DNA of 64,000 bases, from NCBI GenBank assembly GCA_964392305.1, contig CAYMPV010000008.1, positions 1 through 64,000 of the forward strand, given 5' to 3'. Made by a program: the position numbers and the translations under genes. Below the pieces are notes generated by a model, which was not told the DNA's origin, ran no database searches, and worked only from the letters and a program-made list of their open reading frames with translations. The stretch's first letter is position 1. Every line of letters starts with the position of its first letter. This DNA comes from an uncultured candidatus Brocadiaceae bacterium (GTDB lineage: Bacteria > Planctomycetota > UBA1135 > UBA2386). Below, one piece after another: positions 39,877-49,427 of this stretch.

Positions 39877-40869
39877 GTGAAACTGCGCCGCTGCACAGGG
39901 GCGCCATGGTGGCGAGCCTGTGGCGCACCGATGGACGGAACGGCACCAGGTCGACAAACCACGAGTGGGGGGCGAGGCGGCCTCGGGCCGCGTGGCCGCG
40001 GTCTGTTCGGCCGGCTGTTCGAGAGCCTCAAGACGCCGGCCAAACCGCGCCGCGAGGCCGTGTCGGTCGCCATCGCCAGCGGCAAGGGCGGCACCGGCAA
40101 GTCGTTCCTCGCCACGTCGCTGGCCGTGCTGCTGCACCGCGCCGGCAAACGCACCGCGATCGTCGACTGCGACTTCGGCCTGGCCTGTGATCACCTGCTG
40201 ATGGGCGTCAAGCCGCACCTGACGCTGCAACAGCTGCTCGCCGGACAGGCCACGCTCGAACAGACCCTGTGCACCTCACCGTGCGGCCCGCGGCTCCTGC
40301 CCGGCGCGTCCGGCGTGCGTCGCATGGCCAACCTCACCGACAAGGAACTGCTCACGTTCGCGCGCGAACTCGGCAGCCTCGCGCAGTGCGAGGACGTGAT
40401 GCTGCTCGACCTCGGCGCCGGCATCGCACCGGCGACCGTGCTCACGATGTTGGCCGCCGACTGGATCGTGCTCGTCACCCAGCCCGAGATCGCGGCCCTC
40501 GTCGACGCCTACGCCGTCGTCAAGTGCATCGCCCAGGTGCACGACAAGGCGCGTTTCCTCGTCGTCGTCAACCACGTCGCCGTGCCCGGCCGCGGCGAGA
40601 TGGCGTTCCAGAAGCTCACCGAAGTGGCCCGCCAGCACGTCGGCGTCACCTTGAACTACCTCGGGGAGGTCGCCGAGGATCCGTCGGTGATGCAGCATCG
40701 CCTCGGCCAGCTGCCGCTCGTCGCCTCCGATCCCGAGGCGCCGATGTCCCGTTCGTTGGATGTGCTGGCCAAGCGCCTCGACGAACTCTGCGGCGGTCTG
40801 CAACCGCGCGACGTGGCCGCCGAGGCGGCGATCGAAGCCCGCTTCCGCCAGCACCGCCTGTTCTTGTGA
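39877..40869 (+). CDS. MinD/ParA-family (FlhG-like) P-loop ATPase
   Basis: Deviant Walker A IASGKGGTGKSFLATSLA. MinD-like switch regions. N-terminal Arg/Gly-rich extension. Confidence 0.75.
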   Translation: MKLRRCTGAPWWRACGAPMDGTAPGRQTTSGGRGGLGPRGRGLFGRLFESLKTPAKPRREAVSVAIASGKGGTGKSFLATSLAVLLHRAGKRTAIVDCDFGLACDHLLMGVKPHLTLQQLLAGQATLEQTLCTSPCGPRLLPGASGVRRMANLTDKELLTFARELGSLAQCEDVMLLDLGAGIAPATVLTMLAADWIVLVTQPEIAALVDAYAVVKCIAQVHDKARFLVVVNHVAVPGRGEMAFQKLTEVARQHVGVTLNYLGEVAEDPSVMQHRLGQLPLVASDPEAPMSRSLDVLAKRLDELCGGLQPRDVAAEAAIEARFRQHRLFL

Positions 40870-40900
40870 CGGTGCCCCGCCCGCGAGGCGAAGGGTACGG

Positions 40901-40967
40901 TACCCGGTTCACACCACAACCCGGCTGCCGCGCAGCGGCAGCCGGGTTGTGGTGTGTACCCGGTTCA
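40901..40967. repeat. 47-nt perfect hairpin (21-bp stem) flanked by 11-bp direct repeats TACCCGGTTCA
   Basis: CACACCACAACCCGGCTGCCG-cgcag-CGGCAGCCGGGTTGTGGTGTG. Lies between the convergent minD-like and PIG-L genes. Could be a bidirectional terminator or a tiny inserted element with target-site-duplication-like flanks. Confidence 0.5.
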
Positions 40968-41669
40968 GTACGCACACAGGGCTTCGGCGAAGCCGCGGCC
41001 GCGTTGGTGCACCATCGAGCGGTAGGCGTTCAGGCCCAAGATGGTGTGTTCGAAGTCGGTGTAGGCGAGCTGGCTGGCGTGGGCGCGGATGGCGCGGCGT
41101 TTGTGGTCGGCGACGGCGGTGATGTCGACGACGAAGTCGGGCACCATCGCGTTCCAGACCTCGTAGCCGAACGCCCTGCCCGAGAAGTGCAGCCGGCGCA
41201 GTGCTGCGAGCACGATCAGGTGGGTGGCATGGTGGTCGGGGTGGCCTTCGCGCGCCCACGGCAGGTAGACGATGTCGGGGGCCGCGTCCGTGATGGCCTT
41301 GGTCGCGAGTTGGGTGCCGAGTTCGAAGTCCGAAGGGCTGAGCACCATGTTGTCGGGTTTGCCCCAGTAGACGGCATCGTCGACGCCGAGTTGGGCGAGG
41401 CCGGCGCGCGATTCGCGTTCGCGCAGCGCGACGTAGTCGGCGGCGGGATACCGGCCTTCGGGATCACCGGCGGCGCCGGTGGTGGCGACGATCACGCGCA
41501 CGAAGTCGCCGGCGCGCCGGTGCAGGGCCAGGCAGCCGCCCGGACCGGCGATCTCGTCGTCGGGATGGGGGGCGAAGGCGAGCACGCGACCGCGCGGTAC
41601 GTCCTGCCACGCCTGCGGTTCTGGGGTCAGCGGCGGAACGACGTCGCGCATCGCGGGATTGTCGAGCAC
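40965..41669 (-). CDS. PIG-L/LmbE-family N-acetylglucosaminyl deacetylase
   Basis: AHPDDE zinc-binding motif (LAFAPHPDDEIAGPGG) and HPDH motif. Confidence 0.75.
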   Translation of the reverse strand: MLDNPAMRDVVPPLTPEPQAWQDVPRGRVLAFAPHPDDEIAGPGGCLALHRRAGDFVRVIVATTGAAGDPEGRYPAADYVALRERESRAGLAQLGVDDAVYWGKPDNMVLSPSDFELGTQLATKAITDAAPDIVYLPWAREGHPDHHATHLIVLAALRRLHFSGRAFGYEVWNAMVPDFVVDITAVADHKRRAIRAHASQLAYTDFEHTILGLNAYRSMVHQRGRGFAEALCAY

Positions 41670-41788
41670 GGGCGTGTGTCGGCAAGCCGGAAGTGCGGAT
41701 CACGGCGTTCGCCGCGTCCGTGCTTGATCTGGCCTTGCCGGGTCGTTCACTGCGTGGCGCGATTCTGCTCGCGCCTGGATCCGAACCG

Positions 41789-43685
41789 ACTTCCACCCAT
41801 GAACACGCACTTCCTCCCACTGCTCGCTCTCGCCTCTGCGGCAGCCGCCCAGGACTTCGTCTTGCCGAACGGCTTCGCGAACGCCAGCGGTCCACCCGCC
41901 GCCAACCACCCCGCTGCGCGCGTCAAGGACGCGAACTTCGACGGCATCATCCTGCCCGAGGAGATCCACGCGTTCGCGACGGTGTTGCCGACGCAGGCGC
42001 CGTCGGGCACCAACTTCATGACCGACTGCCAGATGGTGCTCGAGAACGGCGAGCCGGTCTTCTACTTCACCGACTCCGAAGACGGTCAGGTGGTGCGCTG
42101 CCGCGACGACAACCACAACGGCGTCATCGACCCCAGCGAGGCCGGCGTGTTCTTCCGTTTCGGCCTCAACAACAGCGGTGCTGGTCTGTTCGCGCCCGAC
42201 GCGGTCGGTGTGTACCGCGATCTCGCGACCAACACCACGCGCGTCTACGCGGCGCTGGACAGCTTCAACGCGACCTATGGCCGCGGCATCTACCGCCTCG
42301 TCGACCTCAACGGCGACGGCGACGCGATGGACAACGGGGAGTCGGGCGTGTTCGTCTCGGCCTCGCTGGGCCTGACGGTGCCCGGCCTCTCCGGTCCGGT
42401 CTCGATCACGCGCGACTTCTGGAGTCAGGTGCGGGTGCTTCCGGGCGGCAAGGTCGTCGCCTTCGCCTCGGGCGCTGCCGTCAACGGCGTGCTGGTGCCC
42501 AACTCCAACCCGCCGGTCTACGACTACAGCGCCAACATCCAACCCGAGATGAACTGCTGGTACGGCTTCACCGACAACAACGGCGTCGCCGTGCCCGAGG
42601 TGTTCTTCAACGCCTCGACGCTCAACAACCTGCCGATGAACCCGGCTTTCGACGATCCGCGCGTGCCGAGCACGTCGGCGTTCCCCAACTGGGACATCCA
42701 GGTGCTCGCGCAGACGGCGCAGCGCCGCAACTTCGCGCGTTGGATGGACGTCGTGCCCAACGGCGGCCCGAGCGGTGAGCCCGTCTACTACTTCGCCGCC
42801 AGCTACAACACGCTCGGTCTGGGTGACATCAACATCAACGGCCAGTCGATCGGCGGTCTCGTCTATCGCGCCGTCGACAGCAACAACAACCAGGTGATCG
42901 ACGCGGGCGAGCTGAGCCTCTACTGCAACGTCTCGGCGCAGACCCACGCCGGCGTCGCGCCGATCTCGTTCGTCAACACGGTCGCCAACCTGCCGGTCAC
43001 GCAGTTCGTCGATCGCACCTGGGGTTTCTCGGCCGACCTCAGCGGCGGCGTGCACTTCATCTACGCCAACGGTGGTACGCACGAGGCGGTGATCTCGGCG
43101 ATCGACACCAACAGCAACGGCGTCATCGATCAGGGCGAACTGGTCATGCCCTACTACACGCCGACCGGCCCGTTGGGATACCTGCCGCCGTTCGAGCAGG
43201 CGCTCGGTCCGTACTTCGACGACTTCCAGGCGCTGCCGAACCTGCTGCTGCCCGGTCCGTTCCCGGCCGGTGTGACGCCGATCGGCAACGGCTGCGTGTC
43301 GCCGACCTCGGGCAAGGAAGTGCTCATGGATGCGTTCTTCGGCGGCCCGACCGTCGGCAACGCCAGCTTCGAGGTCGCGTCGATCCGCGGGGTGCCGTCG
43401 CTGCCGGTGTTCCCCGTCGCGGACTTCGTGCTCGCGCCGACGCCGCTGAACCTGGGCGTGTTCGGCCTGCCGCCGACGTGCAGCAGCTACCTGCAGTCGC
43501 CGATCACGCTCAACACGGTGTTCGCCGACGCCGCGGGCGTGGCGCGTCAGCCGGTGCCGATCCCGACCGCCCCGGCCTTCATCGGCGTGTCGTTCGCGCT
43601 GCAGTTCGTGATCTTCGATCCGCTGCTGACGACGGCGGTGCCGTACCTGACGACCAACGCGCTGCAGATCACCGTTCAGCCGTGA
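41789..43685 (+). CDS. secreted protein with four EF-hand/dockerin-like Ca-binding repeats (DxNxNGxIDxxE)
   Basis: Signal peptide MNTHFLPLLALASAAAAQ. Motifs DDNHNGVIDPSE, DLNGDGDAMDNGE, DSNNNQVIDAGE and DTNSNGVIDQGE are spaced through a 632-aa protein. The ORF-track start at 40269 is spurious. Confidence 0.6.
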
Positions 43686-45499
43686 GCCGTGCCTGGCCCG
43701 CCGAGCCGGCGGGCCAGCACCAGCAACGCCACCAGACACGCGCTGGCGCCGCCCAGGCAACCGGCGGCCTTGCCGAATTCGCCGAAGATCACGGCGCCGA
43801 CGCCGGGCAGGGTCAGCCAGATGGTCGCGGTGCCGAGCACGGCGCAGACGATGCTCGCGCCCAGCGTGTCGTCGGGCTCCACCTCGCGCGCCGCCGCCGC
43901 GACCGGTCGCCACCCCGGACCGTCCGGCCGCACCTTGCGATAGAACGCGATCAGCCGGTCGATCGGCTCGGGCGCAGTTGCGAAGGTCGCCGCCAGCCAG
44001 ATCACCAGCGATCCCGTGGCGACCAGCAGGCTGGTGTATTGCCCCGCCAGCCGTTCGGCTTCAGGCAACGAACCCTGCCACAGCTTGACCGCGAAGTAGA
44101 GCCCGATCGACGCGACCATCGCCGCGATCTCGCTCCAGGCGTTGACGCGCCACCAGAACCAGCGCAGCAGGAAGACGCTGCCCAGGCCGCCGCCGAGCGC
44201 GGCCAGGATCGCCCAGGCGTCGTCGACCGAGATCGAATAGACGCGCATCAGGTAGGCGGCGAACGCGCCGAGCAGCAGCACCACGCCGGACATCAGCCGC
44301 GAGACCTTCACCAGCTGCCGGTCGTCGGCGTTGGGTGCGATGAAGCGCCGGTAGAGGTCGTTGACGACGTAGCTGGCGCCCCAGTTCATCTGCGTGCTGA
44401 TCGTCGACATGAACGCCGCGAAGAACGTCACCAGCAGCAGGCCGCGTAGCCCGACCGGCGCCAGCTCGGCGATCAACATCGGGTAACCGGCGCCGGGATT
44501 GGTGGCATCGTCGGTGTCGGTCGCCCACGTGCGCAGCTCCGGATGCAGCGCCAGCGCCGCGTAGGCGACCAGGATCCACGGCCACGGCCGCACGCAGTAG
44601 TGCATGAGCTGGAAGAACAGCGTCGCCTTGACCGCGTGCTGTTCGTCCTTGCACGACGCCATGCGCTGCACGATGTAGCCGCCGCCACCGGGCTCGGCCC
44701 CCGGGTACCACGTCGCCCACCATTGGCCGAGCGCCAGCGCCAGGAACACACCGGCCGGCATCCACGCGGTCGCCGCACCGAAGTCCGGGATGAAGTCGAA
44801 CACGTGCGTGTCGCCGAAGTTCGCCGCCGTCTGTTCGCGCAGCGAGTCGATGCCGCCGACGTGGTCGACGGCGACCCAGGCCAGCGCGATGCAGCCGAGC
44901 ATCGCCAGCACGAACTGCATCATGTCGGTGATCGCCACGCCCCACAGCCCCGACAGGGTGCTGTAGACGCCGGTGATCGCCAACAACCCGGCGACCAGCA
45001 GGAAGTCGGTCCAGCTGTCCGCGGGCAGGTCGGACAGCACGGTGTGTCGCAGCACCGTCAGCATCGCCTGCGTGACCCAGCCGATGACGAACGAGTTGAC
45101 GACGACCGCGACGTAGATGGCGCGGAAGCCGCGCAGGAACGCAGCCGGCCGGCCGGCGTAGCGCATCTCGATCAGCTCGACGTCGGTGAGCACTTCGGCG
45201 CGGCGCCACAGCTTGGCGTACACGAACACCGTCAACATCCCGCCGAACGCGAACGCCCACCAGAACCAGTTGCCGGCCAACCCGTTCTTGGCGATCAGTC
45301 CGGTGACCGCGAGCGGCGTGTCCGCCGCGAAGGTCGTCGCCACCATCGACGTACCGGCGATCCACCACGGCAGGCTGCGGCCCGACGCGAAGAACTCGAC
45401 GAAGCTCGAACCGGCGCGCTTCTTGAACCACAGCCCGATGCCGACCGCGATCGCGAAGTAGCCGGCGATGATCAGCCAGTCGACGAGGTGCAGTTCCAT
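43676..45499 (-). CDS. sodium:solute symporter (SSS) family transporter
   Basis: About 13 TM helices, SSS signature region. Start at MELHLVDWLIIAGYFAIAVGIGLWF. Confidence 0.8.
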   Translation of the reverse strand: MELHLVDWLIIAGYFAIAVGIGLWFKKRAGSSFVEFFASGRSLPWWIAGTSMVATTFAADTPLAVTGLIAKNGLAGNWFWWAFAFGGMLTVFVYAKLWRRAEVLTDVELIEMRYAGRPAAFLRGFRAIYVAVVVNSFVIGWVTQAMLTVLRHTVLSDLPADSWTDFLLVAGLLAITGVYSTLSGLWGVAITDMMQFVLAMLGCIALAWVAVDHVGGIDSLREQTAANFGDTHVFDFIPDFGAATAWMPAGVFLALALGQWWATWYPGAEPGGGGYIVQRMASCKDEQHAVKATLFFQLMHYCVRPWPWILVAYAALALHPELRTWATDTDDATNPGAGYPMLIAELAPVGLRGLLLVTFFAAFMSTISTQMNWGASYVVNDLYRRFIAPNADDRQLVKVSRLMSGVVLLLGAFAAYLMRVYSISVDDAWAILAALGGGLGSVFLLRWFWWRVNAWSEIAAMVASIGLYFAVKLWQGSLPEAERLAGQYTSLLVATGSLVIWLAATFATAPEPIDRLIAFYRKVRPDGPGWRPVAAAAREVEPDDTLGASIVCAVLGTATIWLTLPGVGAVIFGEFGKAAGCLGGASACLVALLVLARRLGGPGTAHG

Positions 45500-45589
45500 G
45501 GGGGGCAGATGTTGCGTCGCTGCGCACCGGCACGCCACGCCGACCAGCCGTTTCTTGCCGCCCGTCGCCTGCGCCGGTATCTCAGGCAC

Positions 45590-45889
45590 ATGGACCTCGT
45601 CGAGGTGCGCTTCCCGCTGCAGGACACGTTCGTGTTGGTGCAGCCAGGCACGACGCTGCTCGCCGCGGCGGAACTCGCGGGCGTCGAGTTGCTGACCGGG
45701 TGTCGGCGTGGGCAGTGCGGCACCGATGCGGTGCGGGTGGTCGCCGATCGCGACGATGCCCTCGAAGCGGCGGCGGATGGCGAGGCCGGCACGCTCTCGC
45801 GCATGGGCGTCGACGCCGATTGCCGGTTGGCGTGTTCGGCGCGCGTTCGGTGCGGACGCATCGAAGTACTCGGCGACCCGCTGGTCTGA
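45590..45889 (+). CDS. small 2Fe-2S ferredoxin-like protein
   Basis: 99 aa with CRRGQCGTDAV…CRLAC cysteine pattern of plant-type/BFD-like [2Fe-2S] domains. Confidence 0.5.
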   Translation: MDLVEVRFPLQDTFVLVQPGTTLLAAAELAGVELLTGCRRGQCGTDAVRVVADRDDALEAAADGEAGTLSRMGVDADCRLACSARVRCGRIEVLGDPLV

Positions 45890-46041
45890 GCGGTGCCTCG
45901 GTCCCGTTCCGCGCGCGCAGTTCTGGCAAGTCCGGCGTTTCGATGCTGGGCAGCGCCGCTCGTCGACGACATCATCCAGGCGTGTCCGAACCGATCCCCG
46001 CAACCCAAGCCTCGCAGCGGCCCGGGCGCCTGCGCGACGGC

Positions 46042-46617
46042 ATGGGCTTCTTCCGCACGTTCCTGCGCAGTCCGACGTCGGTCGGTGCGGTCTTGCCGAG
46101 TTCGCGTTACCTGGCGCGCGCGTTGGTCGGGCGGTTGTCGATGGCGCCCGGCGACGTGCTCGTCGAATACGGGCCCGGCACCGGTCCGGTGACCGCGGTC
46201 ATCGAGCAGTCCCTGCCGCCCGGCGTGCGTTACCTCGGCATCGAGCTCGAGCCGCGTTTCCACGAAGTGCTCACGCACCGCTATCCGCAGTTCGATTTCC
46301 ACCTGGGCTCGGCCGCCGACGTCAAGGCGATCCTCGCCGCGCGTGGCCTGCCGGCGCCCAAGCGCATCGTCTCGGGTCTGCCGTTCGCGAGCCTGCCGGC
46401 GACCGTGCAGGACGCGGTGATCACGGGCATCGTCGATGCCGTGCGCGAGTCGAACGGTGAGTTCCGCACGTTCCAGTACGTGCACGCCTACGGCATGAAG
46501 GCGGCGCGGCGGTTCCGCGCGCGCATGGCCGAGCGGTTCGACGGGTTCGAGCGGGTTGGGCCGGTCGTGAGGAACGTGCCGCCGGCGTTCGTGCTGCGGT
46601 ATTGGGGCGCGAAGTAG
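46042..46617 (+). CDS. class I SAM-dependent methyltransferase (COG3963-like)
   Basis: SPTSVGAVLPSSRYLARAL…VEYGPGTGPVT motif I. Confidence 0.65.
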   Translation: MGFFRTFLRSPTSVGAVLPSSRYLARALVGRLSMAPGDVLVEYGPGTGPVTAVIEQSLPPGVRYLGIELEPRFHEVLTHRYPQFDFHLGSAADVKAILAARGLPAPKRIVSGLPFASLPATVQDAVITGIVDAVRESNGEFRTFQYVHAYGMKAARRFRARMAERFDGFERVGPVVRNVPPAFVLRYWGAK

Positions 46618-46645
46618 CGCCGCGGACGGCGAGTCCTGCGAAGGC

Positions 46646-46750
46646 TCAGCCCTTCGCTGCCTTCTTCGCGTTCTTCTCGGCGCGCTTCTCCTTCAGGGTC
46701 TTCTCGGGCTTCTTCTTCTCGTCCTTCTTCGTCTTCTGTCCCTTGGCCAT
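46646..46750 (-). CDS. 34-aa Lys/Glu-rich mini-protein
   Basis: MAKGQKTKKDEKKKPEKTLKEKRAEKNAKKAAKG with a GGAGG SD 5 nt upstream of the ATG. No identifiable family. Confidence 0.35.
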   Translation of the reverse strand: MAKGQKTKKDEKKKPEKTLKEKRAEKNAKKAAKG

Positions 46751-46925
46751 GGTTGCCTCCGGTGATGGTTGCGTGCGGCGTGCCGTCGACCGGCGATGTG
46801 CCGGCCGGCTTGCGCGTCGGGGTGAGGACAGTGCGCTACTCGCCCCCTGGCGTCCAGTTGCAGTTGTTGCGCGCGCACAGAATCGGTGCCGGTGACTGTT
46901 CGACTGCGCGATCAGCCGCGACGTC

Positions 46926-47468
46926 TCAGCCACCGTCCGGACCCTTCTCCCGCGTCGGCTTCGCCGCGTACGCCGCCGAACCGCCGCGCGGGATCGACAG
47001 GCTGCGCCACGCGTCACCGGCGAAGCCGCGCGCGAGCAGCACGATCTGCCCGGTGTGATACGCGACGTGGGCGACCGAGCGCAGCAGCGCTTCGTGCACG
47101 GTCAGGGGCTGCTGGCGGATGGTGACGTTCTTGGCGAACGCGTCGGGGCCCGCCGCCGCGACGCTGTCGAGCGCCGCGTCGACGACAGCCCAGGCCTGTT
47201 GCCACGCGACGAGCAGTGCCGCGCGATCCGCCGTGGGTTCTTCGAACTCGCGATCGCGTTGCCGCCAGGGCTTCTCACCGTCGCTGGTCAAGAAGTCCGT
47301 GAAGCGCGAATGCAAGTTGCCGGACAGGTGCTGCAGCACGACGGCGATGGAGTTGCCCTGCGGGTCCGGGCACCGATGCAGATCCGCGTCCGTGACCTGC
47401 TCCAGCGCCAGTTCGCACAGGCGCCGGTAGCGTCGGTACTCGGTGCGGATCGCGTCGAGCTGCGGCAT
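46926..47468 (-). CDS. DinB/DUF1572-like four-helix-bundle protein
   Basis: His-containing motifs (VLQHLSGNLH…HVAYHTGQI) typical of the DinB_2/DUF1572 superfamily. Confidence 0.55.
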   Translation of the reverse strand: MPQLDAIRTEYRRYRRLCELALEQVTDADLHRCPDPQGNSIAVVLQHLSGNLHSRFTDFLTSDGEKPWRQRDREFEEPTADRAALLVAWQQAWAVVDAALDSVAAAGPDAFAKNVTIRQQPLTVHEALLRSVAHVAYHTGQIVLLARGFAGDAWRSLSIPRGGSAAYAAKPTREKGPDGG

Positions 47469-47478
47469 TGCGGCGCGA

Positions 47479-48941
47479 TCAGTAGATGCCGAAGCGCGCC
47501 TGCACGCCGTTGGTCACCGCGAAGCCGCCCGTCACCGCCGGGTCGATCGAGCCGAACTGGTAGTAGAACTGCAGGCCGGAGAACGCCGGGTCGCTGGCGA
47601 GGTTGAACGTGACGCTGCCGGTGGCGCCGTTCATCGGATACAGGTTGGTGGCCTCACCGCTGCAGAGCAGGTTGCAGCCGGCGCCCAGGCCGAACGGAGC
47701 CAGGTTGAGCGGCAGCACACCGAGCGGCGAGAGCGTGTTGCTGAAGCCGACCAGGCTGAAGGCGAACAGCGAACTTGGCGGCAGGTTGGCGACGTCGAGG
47801 CGGAAGCCCGTGCCCAGCACCGGGCGCGTGCCGACGCTGAGCAGCGGCGTGCCGTTGCTGCCCATGCAGCCGGTGCCGTACGGGACCGCTTCTGCCAGCG
47901 GGCCCTGCACCCAGGTTTCGTTGTTGGGCGGGCCGAAGAACGCGGTGGCGCCGCCGAACAGCACGTGCAGGTTCGCCGGGCCCTCGCTCGTCGAGAAGCG
48001 CACCCGCGGCGCGGTCGGGTTGCCGTAGATCGCGCTGACGTCGGTCCAGCTGACGCCGTCGAACAACCAGGTGTCGCTGAGCGGGGTGCTGCCGGTCGAA
48101 GTCGAGACGTAGCCGCCGTGCATCACGTAGAAGCCGGAGTTGCTGTCGAACAAGATGCTCGCACCGGCGCGTGGTGCCGGCAGTGGGCCGACGGGGATCA
48201 GCTGGGTCCAGGTGTCGGTCAGCGACGAATAGACCCAGGTGTCGTTCCAGGTGATCTCGCCGTTCGGCCCGGGCGGGTTGTTGAAGTTGGTGCCGCCGAA
48301 CAGCAGCACGCCGCCGAGGGTCGGCGCCGAACACAGCGATGCCTGGGTGCGGCGCGGTGGCGCGACGGCGGTGGTCGCCTGCGTCCAATTGACGCCGTCG
48401 TACTCGAGCGTCCACGCCGGTGCCGCCACGATGCCTTGGAACAGTTCGCCGCCGAACAGCACGACGCGCTGGCCGATCAGGTCGTAGGCCATCGAGACCT
48501 CACCGACGCCGTTGCTGCCGAAGATGCCGCCGGGGGTGTTCGCGGTGGTGACCTGTGTCCAGTTGACGCCGTCCCATTCCCACGTGTCGTTGCGGTACTG
48601 CGACTGGATCAAGGTTGTGTTGAGGCCGCCGAAGAGCACGGTGCGACCGCGCAGGACGTCGTGCGCCATGCCGGCGAAGTGGCGCGCGGGCGGACTCGTC
48701 GCGGGGTTGCGCTGCGTCCACGTGGCGCCGTTCCAGGTCCACGTGTCGGCGAAGTTGACCGGCGGGAAGGCGCTGATGTCGGCGCCGCCGAACAGCACCG
48801 TCTCACTGCCGTCGAAGGCCATCGCCGGCCGCGTGCGCGCCGACGGTGAGGTCGCGGGCGTCGCCTGGGTCCATTGCGCGGCCGCGGTGCTGGCGAAGGT
48901 CAAGAGGGACAGGGTGAATGCACGTCGTGTGCAGTGAATCA
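47479..48941 (-). CDS. secreted Kelch-repeat (beta-propeller) protein
   Basis: Signal peptide MIHCTRRAFTLSLLTFASTAAAQ. Repeated …VLFGG…NDTWxWDGxxWTQ… Kelch units. Confidence 0.7.
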
Positions 48942-49054
48942 TGCTCGTTCCTGGTGGTGAGGGGTGGGTGTGTCGGCGAGCCGTGTACTGCACGCTGCGG
49001 GCGATGCCGTTCGCCCATCGGCCCTCACCGGTGGGGATCGATGACAGCGTCGGT

Positions 49055-49345
49055 TCAGATGCGCGGCAGCGAACGGCGCGCGCGCAGGTCGTCCTCGAGC
49101 GCTTCGACCTGCAGGTTCAGGCGCTCGACCCGGTCGGTGAGCACCTTGAGTTTGTCGGCCTGTTCCTTGGCGTGGTGGTAACCCGTCATCGCCACCCAGG
49201 CCAGGCCCAGCACGAAGGTGACCACGCCGATCTGCGGCGACGACCAGTTGTGCAAGCGCGTCGTCGCCAGATGCTCGAGGAACAGGGAGGCGAGCAGCAG
49301 CGTCGCCATGCGCAGGTGGAAGTTCGTGTCGTTCGCGAACCGCAT
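49055..49345 (-). CDS. small two-TM + coiled-coil membrane protein (LapA/DUF1049-like)
   Basis: Two hydrophobic helices followed by …KEQADKLKVLTDRVERLNLQVEALEDDLRARR. Confidence 0.4.
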   Translation of the reverse strand: MRFANDTNFHLRMATLLLASLFLEHLATTRLHNWSSPQIGVVTFVLGLAWVAMTGYHHAKEQADKLKVLTDRVERLNLQVEALEDDLRARRSLPRI

Positions 49346-49427
49346 CGGCGCATGTTGACGCGTCTTCGGTGGGGCGGCGAGGGGAATCGCGATTGACTGG
49401 GTGGGGCCTGGGTCCGACCGTTCTGCG

